From Octopus bimaculoides (Eukaryota), in NCBI RefSeq assembly GCF_001194135.2, contig NC_068992.1, positions 44,509,257 to 44,547,392 of the forward strand: DNA of 38,136 nucleotides, written 5' to 3'. Shown piece after piece: positions 31,301 to 38,136 of this stretch; position 1 is the stretch's first letter, and every line of letters starts with the position of its first letter. The position numbers and the translations under genes were made by a program. Under the pieces are notes generated by a model. That model did not search any database, had not been told where the DNA came from, and saw only the letters and a program-made list of their open reading frames with translations.

Positions 31301-33829
31301 AAGATGTTTGGGAATATCCAACATTACAAGGACCAAGTGTGGACAGGTGTGAAGGGATCAGAATAGGAAGGGGGCAATAGACTAGGGTGGAGAGGAAACC
31401 TGAGTGAATCACTGAAAGACAGAAAGGTATGAATGGGTATACTCAGAAGGGGAAAGAAGAGCAAGGGTGTTGAGGAAACAGAGAATGTGAAGTAGAGGGG
31501 CTGTGTGAAAGTAGGTTGGTGGTGAGTGGTGAGATGCAGATGTTGGGGGGTAGCAGAGGAGTAGGAAGAAGAGGAAGAGCAGAGTATGAATGTTGCAAAA
31601 GCAACACAGATGGGGAAGAAATGGAGAAGAAGAAGGAAAGAATGATTAGGGAAACTATGGGTTGGTAGATACAACAAAGGAACCTTCCAAACTTTTAATA
31701 TTGAAGGAGAGGTTGAGCTGATAATTTTGTAGGACTGACAGCATATTTATCACCATCATAAATCAAACAAAGTGAATTAGAAGCTTGGCTGAATACACGT
31801 GATATTGCTATTCGTTTGTCAGTTACTAATCTCTCTGATTCTAAAGAACCTATTGATGAGGAGCAGACTAACTTCAAAATATCAGGCGGTGCTAATATTA
31901 AGGAAACTAAACTGAGTTCAAATTTGGTTTTGTTTATATTCCCTAACCCTAACCCTACTGAGTAGCTGAGTGTGTGACTCAGCTTCATTATTGGTTGATT
32001 TCCTTCATCAAGATCTCAGTCTATAAGACAAAGAAAGGACCAAATGATAGTTAAAAATATTTTAAACTTCTGTAAAACTGGAGAAATGTGATATGTGAAC
32101 TCACAGGCACTGAGTTCACATTTTGTTATGAGTGGCTATGGCTTCTACCATACTGTGGGTTCTTATTTCTTAGTCCTCTGAGTTATCCATCTAATGGATT
32201 TCATTATAGAATATCCTAGCTACAACATCATGTCTCACTGGTAGATAATACCATGATGGCATTTTTGGACAACTGCTTATGATGTGGGTAATATCTTTGG
32301 TGCTAACCCCACAAAGTCTGCATCGGTTGTCACATTTTACTGCTTTGGATCTTGTTCAAAACGGGGGCACCAGTATTTTCTTAACGAAACACTTTGAAAC
32401 TTGGGACACTGGTAGAATGTGTCATATAAAACATCTTTTTCTCTTAGTCTTCTTAACAAAAAAACGTACATCGCAATTTATTTCATGTTAAAGTTGTCGT
32501 ATTTCTGTAATTTCAACCAATGACTGACATCCATTCAGCCGTAAAAATTAAGTGCTGACTACGTAAACGAACGATTCTCAAACGATTCTGGCGGTGATAA
32601 AATTATTATTTCCTTGTCAAAAAATGGCTGAAGCACATTGGCAGTAGCTAATAAACCTTTCTATTATAGGCACAAGGCCTGGTTTTGAGGGAAGGAGCAA
32701 GTCGGTTAGGGTTAGGGTTAGGGAAAACGAACACACGTGTGTTGCCTCTCTGGTCAGTGATTGGTTGAAATTATCGAAATAAGACAATTTTTTACATGAA
32801 ATACAAAATTTTTTCCTGCATCTCTATCCTTTTTGTGCTTCAGGTATTTGATATGCATGTCTGTACGTATGTATGGATGGACAGATGGGATGTATGTATG
32901 CATGCATGAATGTGTGCAGGCGTGCGCGTATATATATATATATATATACATGACCATTTCGAATATTAATGGAATATTAGTGCCAAGATAGGTACAAAAA
33001 AAAAAAGAAAAAAGGAATAATATTGACAATAGTTCGTTTGGCGCGTTTTTTTCTTTAAAAAAAAACAAGTTTTGCAGTAAACATTTCCATTGCTGCAGAC
33101 ATTTTATATTGATTTCAATAATTGATTGCAGGATTTCAAACGAAATTAGCAAAATGAAAGCAGCTAAAAATATGAGGAAAAAAAATATGAAAACAAAAAT
33201 GTTTCTTTTTAAAAACGTGTCGATAGTTTGGAGTATTAATGGCTATTTAAATTCCCTGCTTTGTCATCAGAAGTTGATATTGCGCCGAAAATCACGAATT
33301 TTTGTGCGAACAATAACTACATAACGTTTAATGAAATGGGGGTTGAAATGGAAAAGAAAGAGGAGGGAACAACTGCGATTACTCGTAATTGCAAGTATTT
33401 CTTAAATAGACGTGTACTATCGATAGCATAATGATTTTAAGGGTATCAACAGATTAAGACGATCTTAATAATGTCTACGTGGCATTCAAAATGGATGTTT
33501 CCAAGTCACAACTGAAATATTGGACAATCAGATGGTGTATAACAACTTAGATCGATGTATTATTGTGGTATCACATCAGGATGTATTGATTTATTAATTA
33601 AAAAAACCTATTTATATCGAAGCAATTAAGGGCGCACATGATTAGATTAAGTTTTGAGTTGAAAAAACACATCCAAGCAATACAAAAAATAGGAAACATT
33701 TACTTTTGTAATTTCTTCTTCAAGAAGTGCTCGATCGAGTCGTTCAAGATTCTCAATTTGTCGCAATTTCTTCCTCAACTTTCTGATTTCTATCTGAAGT
33801 GCAGTCTTGCACCCGTCAGAAACTGACAT
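15347..33829 (-). CDS. Uncharacterised 12-exon WD40-repeat protein gene (605 aa): basic helical N-terminus, acidic linker, about 7 WD40 repeats, acidic tail, CaaX end
   Basis: complement(join(15347..15596,16068..16230,21241..21363,21826..22045,22646..22734,23980..24066,25367..25456,26897..27018,27641..27770,28946..28989,30281..30654,33704..33829)). All introns are GT-AG, phases are compatible, and the total of 1818 nt = 606 codons has no internal stop. WD signatures cross the junctions: LEGHNDLV..TAS|RDTTIRSWD, SGHTGSVT..LSGSLDCNLKLWH, TAS|DGGKLELWS. Confidence 0.9.
15605..16058. repeat. (AG)n/(CT)n microsatellite filling intron 11, spanning an N gap
   Basis: Pure AG repeats on both sides of gap 15628-16004. 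Confidence 0.9.
16068..16230 (-). CDS. WD40 gene exon 11 (HSLPGEDYLGTLNDEATNQIKCITW...GGYELKVWKQLASS)
   Basis: Acceptor TTTTTATCCTTTACAG, donor CAA|GTGTGT; 163 nt, phase 1 to 2. Confidence 0.88.
16310..16490 (-). mobile_element. SINE-like family B fragment
   Basis: tggttggcattaggaagggc..ccagc ... caacccatgccagcatggaaaacggacattaaatgatgatg. Confidence 0.7.
16800..17420 (-). mobile_element. Highly decayed LINE APE-endonuclease fragment
   Basis: Remnants resembling FLQETH, FN..NWG and DLS..H.P in the expected order; many stops. Confidence 0.45.
17465..17735. repeat. Degenerate tandem array, about 40-60-bp units x about 5-6
   Basis: Recurring core acaaatggaattaacct.caata.actgaaggtgaa. Confidence 0.65.
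17880..18190 (-). mobile_element. Two family A SINE-like fragments
   Basis: Reverse-complement matches to the monomers at 13665-14560. Confidence 0.7.
18323..19560 (+). mobile_element. Full-length decayed mariner (Hsmar1/cecropia-like TIRs) in intron 10, antisense to the host gene
   Basis: TIRs TTAGGTTGGTGTAAAGGCAATGGC and (minus) TCAGGTTGGTGCAAAGGTAATGGC; TA on both flanks; 1238 bp; transposase motifs HIRQVLLYEF, RWLSHFRSGDLSLKDEP, GKWV, TGDEK, HHDNARPH, HPPYSPDLSPSDY; stops and frameshifts. Confidence 0.93.
20085..20290 (+). mobile_element. Family A SINE-like element with (TTA)n tail
   Basis: Full monomer homologous to the 13665-14560 units. Confidence 0.8.
20400..20760 (-). mobile_element. 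Decayed CR1/L2/Jockey-type RT fragment
   Basis: WCGSFLSER resembles the W..SFL..R RT motif; the rest is heavily degraded. Confidence 0.35.
21241..21363 (-). CDS. WD40 gene exon 10 (IVSKLLNHTEKFGVTDAIFCHQDTLYSSAYDLDKGLAYIN)
   Basis: Acceptor TCTTCTTTTCTAG, donor ATG|GTGTGT; 123 nt, phase 1 to 1. Confidence 0.88.
21826..22045 (-). CDS. WD40 gene exon 9 (VCNNYIYSCSSEGIIKVHQW...IKVVDWKK)
   Basis: Acceptor TTATTACAG, donor AAG|GTGAGT; 220 nt, phase 0 to 1. Confidence 0.9.
22160..22370 (-). mobile_element. Family A SINE-like element plus (GAT)14 in intron 8
   Basis: Reverse complement atgcttagtggtattccgtcc..ttctgagtt..aaataagtaccag..ccttgtgccaaaatt. Confidence 0.8.
22646..22734 (-). CDS. WD40 gene exon 8 (DGGKLELWSVTTTDNLYSFCIYEESVTGLQ)
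   Basis: Acceptor TTTTCATGCTAG, donor CAG|GTTGGT; 89 nt, phase 1 to 0. Confidence 0.88.
23980..24066 (-). CDS. WD40 gene exon 7 (HVVKSIYTYNPITKLFYVSEEEIIITAS)
   Basis: Acceptor TTATCTGCCAG, donor CTG|GTAAGT; 87 nt, phase 1 to 1. Confidence 0.88.
25367..25456 (-). CDS. WD40 gene exon 6 (DELHGDGKGGSLYLLSGSLDCNLKLWHVKSG)
   Basis: LSGSLD..LKLW motif; acceptor TTTTTTTCAG, donor CTG|GTTTGT; 90 nt, phase 1 to 1. Confidence 0.9.
26020..26265 (+). mobile_element. Family B SINE-like fragment with ttttatgtggcaccagca subrepeats
   Basis: gcccttcctgatgtcaaccactttacagagtgtactgggtgc followed by 4-5 subrepeats. Confidence 0.65.
26340..26490 (-). mobile_element. RTE-type LINE 3' end
   Basis: Minus translation GRGRPRKMWDEVVRKDL..GLTEMTRNQDFW..AVLEKT, the usual RTE ORF C-terminus. 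Confidence 0.7.
26897..27018 (-). CDS. WD40 gene exon 5 (RDTTIRSWDLKTFQEIHIFSGHTGSVTSLQLL...)
   Basis: Canonical WD motif; acceptor CCTATTTCAG, donor TTG|GTAAGT; 122 nt, phase 2 to 1. Confidence 0.92.
27641..27770 (-). CDS. WD40 gene exon 4 (KLIKPKVPKRVWNRSQFLVYNLEGHNDLVTDMDSDGNVLVTAS)
   Basis: First WD repeat GH motif; acceptor TTTTCTTTGATTAAAG, donor CAG|GTAACA; 130 nt, phase 1 to 2. Confidence 0.9.
28620..28850 (+). mobile_element. Family B SINE-like element
   Basis: atcatcatc..cgtccgctttccatgctagcatgggttgg..gatttggcagagtttctacagctggatgcccttcctaacgccaaccactc. Confidence 0.8.
28946..28989 (-). CDS. WD40 gene exon 3 (44 nt, DDTTISVKETIPDQ)
   Basis: Acceptor GTTTTATTTCAG, donor AAA|GTAAGT; phase 2 to 1 exactly bridges exons 2 and 4; not in the ORF track. 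Confidence 0.82.
29535..29815. mobile_element. Composite of a family B 5' fragment (+) fused to a family C head (-)
   Basis: 29535-29670 matches 28620; 29670-29815 is the reverse complement of the 6753 head. Confidence 0.7.
30281..30654 (-). CDS. WD40 gene exon 2 (IKKRDSIRKRLRELL + E/S/T-rich linker)
   Basis: Poly-T tract plus TTTAAG acceptor; 374-nt open acidic frame; donor GA|GTAAGT; phase 0 to 2. Confidence 0.88.
30950..31150 (+). mobile_element. Family B SINE-like element, diverged
   Basis: (ATC)n lead then tttaatgtt..ttccatgctagtatgggttggg..ggatgcccttcctaataccaacca. Confidence 0.7.
31690..31930 (+). mobile_element. Decayed LINE APE-endonuclease N-terminal fragment
   Basis: KQSELEAWLNTRDIAIRLSVTNL..NFKISG resembles the K..EL..L...DII.L.ET pattern. 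Confidence 0.4.
32477..32803. mobile_element. MITE-like inverted-repeat element containing a SINE fragment and (TTAGGG)3
   Basis: 32477-32530 (tatttcatgttaaagttgtcgtatttctgtaatttcaaccaatgactgac) is the near reverse complement of 32752-32803. Confidence 0.65.
33704..33829 (-). CDS. WD40 gene coding exon 1 (MSVSDGCKTALQIEIRKLRKKLRQIENLERLDRALLEEEITK)
   Basis: ATG at 33829 in GTAAAT-ATG context; donor AAA|GTAAAT; 126 nt, ends phase 0. Confidence 0.85.
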
Positions 33830-34300
33830 ATTTACGTCTGTCACCGAAATTAAGGCAAGGGAGGTAACTCTCATATATTTCACTGAAAAGCTTTTGTTAC
33901 GGATAAATAAAAATTATGAATCGATTTCTTTTGACTAACTATGAAGTCAACTTTTGTAAGTAAAGGTGTATAGTCTATGAAACAGCAAATAGTCATTTAG
34001 CCTATTTAAGAGAGAGAGAGAAAGGCGCAGTTTACATCCAATAAATTTGAACAGTTGCTGCATAGATGCTGCTAGAAATGACAACCAAATCTCGTCGTCT
34101 TAGAAAACGATACATCGGTTAATGTTGATACTAGGTTCCATGTGTTGTTGAAATAGGATAGTTTTGGCAGGAATAGCTTTGATTATATGCTAGATCGATC
34201 ACGACTAACACGAGGCTAAACAACAATAACAATAATCGCAACTCGCATTATGATCGCTGTTTCTGTTACGTTAACAGCTGAGAGATATACAATCTGTCTG
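33830..34300 (-). promoter_or_regulatory. Putative 5' UTR/promoter region of the WD40 gene
   Basis: CpG-retaining stretch just upstream of the ATG, contrasting with the CpG-poor gene body; CCAAT near 34040; TSS not identifiable. Confidence 0.35.
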
Positions 34301-35093
34301 GTCAAGATGTCAGCCTTTCTACAATCAACCTTCTTCACTGGCGAATTTGAACAAAAAATATTATTGCAATGTATGTTGTCTCTGTTCACAGGTAGCACGA
34401 CTGAAGCATACCAAAGAGAAGATAATGGTAGATACGGGGACACCTAACCTGTGGTGTCTGAGGCACACCACAATCATGGGCACCAGACACAGACAATGCT
34501 ACTGTACAATTTCCAAGTTCCTTAAGTGTTGATTATTCCATTTTAAAAATGAATTATTGTAACTTGGACATTCAGTAAAAATGTAAAACTTGGAAGGTCA
34601 AATGTTTAATTAACGTTTGTATTGCTTTAGTTAATTACTAACAAACTACATGGCCAAATGATCGCTCCATCAGGACTTATTTCAGCACAATATCACAAAG
34701 ACTCTGATGCGTGTATACATCGAGATGAAATTAATTCATTCAATATAACAATTTTCTTTTAATATTTTTCAGGGAATTATTATTGTGCTAAATAATCTTT
34801 ATCGAGAATCTGAAGTCCTACAAATTTCGTATGTTCAGTGTCACTAGCCTAGTTTGTTATTTTTTTTATATCCTATCTCACTCCCATCACAAATAATGAC
34901 CAAAATATCAAGACTATTATTTTTTTGCGAATGACAAACATACAAGAGTCGTTTCCCTTCCACTATATCAGTATATTGAATACAGTCTAGTGTTAGAAAT
35001 CAATATTTGAAAATATTAGTTATCAATATTTATTGAATAAACTGCATTTCTATTTTACCAAAAATTTTAATACCTAAAGCACATAGACTGACA

Positions 35094-35223
35094 CATACTC
35101 ACACACGCATACACTATACATACTCACACACGCATACACTATACATACTCACACACGCATACACTATACATACTCACACACGCATACACTATACATACTC
35201 ACCCACGCATACACTATACATAC
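35094..35223. repeat. 25-bp minisatellite x5.2 (catactcacacacgcatacactata)
   Basis: Five near-identical units read directly. Confidence 0.93.
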
Positions 35224-35299
35224 ACCATAAGTAAAGCTATAATTAACACATTTCCCATCGTACAAACTCTAAAAAAGCAGTTAACAGTTTAAACAAGTT

Positions 35300-35545
35300 T
35301 AAACATTTTTCCTAGTTCAAGAAATAATTTTATGATCGAAATATGATTTGGTTTGTTAATTCTCGGGCAGTTTGCTTTAGATTTTCCTCAACTATGGTTT
35401 TCAGACGCTCAGTGTTGAGAGAACTCGGTCGTCTAGGTCGAGTGAAATCTACTAGAGCAGAATTTCCCGAGCAAAACTGGCCAAACAGTCGTCGGCATGA
35501 TTGGAACGAATATTTTTGCCGCTTCCATGCCTTTTCTGAATTCAT
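35300..35545 (-). mobile_element. Mariner transposase HTH fragment
   Basis: CRRLFGQFCSGNSALVDFTRPRRPSSLNTERLKTIVEENLKQTAREL. Confidence 0.7.
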
Positions 35546-35839
35546 ACAATGTGTAGTGTCTGATACGTAGTCTGGTCTAAAAACATGGGACCGATAAGAA
35601 AATTTCCTTTCTTTGTAGAATATTTTATATAGATATCAATTAATCTGCAAAAAAGAAAAAAATTGTTAGATAGTGAAAATTAATTAGCAATCTGTTTATC
35701 ATACTTAGAGCACACACACACACTGTTGAAAGCCTTCTAAACTTTCTTGATATAAATTGGCAAAGATGTTCGTGTAAGTAAGAATACTGAGAAAACTAAT
35801 AGAAACAGTCATATTATGAGTGAATGTTACAAGATCAAA

Positions 35840-35965
35840 TCCACTCACAAGGCTTTGGTTGGCCTGAGGCTATAGTAGAAGACACTTGCCCAAAATAACA
35901 CATAGTGGGACTGAATCCAGAGCCATGTGGTTGTTAAGCAAGCTACTTACCACACAGCCACTCCT
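35840..35965 (-). mobile_element. SINE family C head fragment
   Basis: Reverse complement of ggctgtgtggtaagtagcttgctt..aaccacatgg..gggcaagtgtcttctactatagcc. Confidence 0.75.
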
Positions 35966-36190
35966 GCGTCTACATATACATATATAAAGTGAAGGGTGAA
36001 GATTTCAGTATCACATCTATTCGCTGTTTCAGTTACGCATGCGTGACAGATATATGTCCAAAACAAGTTAAGAAGCGACGACACTGACATGTCAGTGATA
36101 CAATATTGATGATATAACGAGAAATTCATAGACATCTAGTTATGACGCTCGTAAACTAATATATGCGCGTACATACTGGATGAATAAATC

Positions 36191-37639
36191 TGTAGTAACG
36201 CCTTGTCTCGTGCGCATGCGTAGTCATCAATATCCAAGTTTGGCGCCCTTATTCATTCTCTTTCTCGGTCGGCCGGCCATGAGCATGGACGGGTCAAGCT
36301 GTCTCTCCAGCATTCCAACTCTGGGGACAGCTCATTCCAATATTCCAACGTCTCAGCAACCAGTTTAAGGCTGCCTATTTCCTCCATAAATAAATATTGC
36401 TGTGTTGATAGTTCAGAGTTCTGCGTTCCGTTATTATTTAGAATTTAATATAGGAAAGCGGGTGTACACCTAACGGTGTATAACTACGTTCCTATAATTG
36501 ATGACCCCGAGTAAGAACAACCGCAGCCGAGGATTCTGATCTACCGACCGACAATACTACACTAGCCGCCGCTGACATAAGTAAATACAGCATTTCGAAC
36601 AGCCAGTTCACAGCGACGACATCAACAACCACGACGAACTACAAGCATCGCCCCGACGTCACCAACAGCGTCAACATGACATCATTATCACGACACACAT
36701 ACAGAACACAGCTATAGCCAGTTCCAGCGCCGACGTCTTCACCACCAATGTACTGTCTACCACAATGTCGTGCGCCAACAACCCCACCACCAGGGACACA
36801 CCAATATCAACACACTCGGTTTTATCGACTCTGTTAGAGTGGATGTTTTCCACTCACGATCAACAGACCATTCAGAATGTTCAGTACCAGGTAACAGGTC
36901 TCAACTAGCATCCGACGCTCAACTACAGCTCTGCTCACTGACCACAACTTCCNNNNNNNNNNNNNNNNNNNNNNNNNNNNNNNNNNNNNNNNNNNNNNNN
37001 NNNNNNNNNNNNNNNNNNNNNNNNNNNNNNNNNNNNNNNNNNNNNNNNNNNNNNNNCAGACACTTTTAATATGTTCTGTGTTTTTCTCACACACACACTT
37101 GTGCACTCATATATTTTCTTTCCTTTCAGAAACATTGCATGCATGTATCTCACAAGTGTACATTCATTTCTTTGATTTTTCTTTGTGTGTGTTTCTGCCA
37201 CATCTTGTGGGTGGTTTCAGTGGCCATCCTGCCTCAGGCGTTCCTCCAATTTTCTATTTTCGTGCGTTCCGCACTGGCAGGGGAGCCCTGTAGTAACGCC
37301 TTGTCTCGTGCGCATGCATAGTCATCAATATCCAAGTTTGGCGCCCTTATTCATTCTCTTTCTCGGTCGGCCGGCCATGAGCATGGACGTGTCAAGCAGT
37401 ATATCCAACATTCCAACTCTGGAGCCAGTCTCTCTCCAACATTCCAACTATGGAGCTAGACAAATAACCTCTCAACATCATTGACGGCGTCTCAGCAACC
37501 AAAGGGCGAAGTGCTGCCTATTTCCTCTATAAATAAATATTGTTGTGTTGATAGTTCAGAGTTCTGCGTTTCGTTGTTATTTAGAATTTAATATAGGAAA
37601 GCGGGTGTACACCTAATGGTGTATAACCACTTTCCTATA
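36191..37639 (+). mobile_element. Compact/internally deleted LTR retrotransposon (Gypsy-like) with two LTRs
   Basis: LTR1 36191-36496 and LTR2 37289-37639, both TGTAGTAAC...TTCCTATA; PBS-like TGATGACCCCGA at 36499-36510 (11/12 to the tRNA-Trp PBS TGGTGACCCCGA); PPT GGCAGGGGAG before LTR2; 4-bp TSD AATC on both flanks; 104-N gap inside. Confidence 0.85.
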
Positions 37640-38095
37640 AATCTATACAAGAGATGTTAATAAATAATGATTTGTTAAGAGATGCTAATAAATATCAGGA
37701 ATGAAGTATTACTGCTAAAAGTGCAAAAATGAAAGGGCAAAAATGGCAGTTTAACTGTATCACTTTACAAGATCATTTTATGAGAGAATTCATTAATCAG
37801 GCAATAAATTCAGATATTCGTCTGGTCTAGAGAAGGTCAAAATTTAAATCTAAGTACAAGATTTCAACTGTCAAAGGTAGAATGGAGGATAGCGTTATAA
37901 GCTCAGTAGGATGTAGAGAAAGTGATAAAAACGGAAGACAACATAAAGACGCAGCTGGTGCGGAGGAATAAAATGAAAGAGTAAGTACTATGTTGTAGCT
38001 TATTGAGTTAGAGGGAGCCGCGGGGAAAGCATCAATGAGACACGTGACTCAGGTTAGAATCAAAAAAGAAAACAACTGAAGAATCTTATATACAT

Positions 38096-38134
<39 letters not shown>

Positions 38135-38136
38135 CA

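Noticed and set aside
34250-34532. Short Cys-rich plus-strand ORFs (YYCNVCCLC)
   Set aside because: No complete zinc-finger spacing, TTG start, no supporting exons.
35094-35223. Regular 25-bp repeats resembling a CRISPR array
   Set aside because: Contiguous units with no spacers in a eukaryotic context; a minisatellite.
36241-36248. TGGCGCCC (tRNA-Lys PBS-like)
   Set aside because: It lies inside both LTRs rather than just after the 5' LTR; the Trp-like site at 36499 is in the correct position.

Overview
Repeat-rich, AT-rich animal genomic DNA with four assembly gaps (N at 5835-6575, 9131-9418, 15628-16004, 36953-37056). The microsatellite load and SINE/LINE types point to an octopus (inference). 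The window holds one complete protein-coding gene, rebuilt by hand on the minus strand from 12 phase-compatible GT-AG exons (ATG 33829 to TAA 15347; 1818 nt, 605 aa). The protein has an N-terminal basic helical motif (IRKLRKKLRQIENLE, like the PYM/eIF2A C-terminal motif), an acidic linker, about 7 WD40 repeats, an acidic tail and a C-terminal CaaX box (CHIL*). I recognise no named ortholog. The rest is transposon debris: an R4/Dong-type LINE, a Tx1-type LINE, Penelope-like GIY-YIG fragments, RTE/CR1/APE fragments, a full-length decayed mariner in intron 10, other mariner and MITE remnants, three SINE-like families, and a compact two-LTR element with a tRNA-Trp-like PBS, a PPT and a 4-bp TSD. 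The most interesting points are the protein architecture, a sharp CpG-decay boundary inside a single LINE copy, several splice oddities and the compact LTR element. Repeat classes come from recognised motifs, not database searches, and repeat boundaries are approximate.
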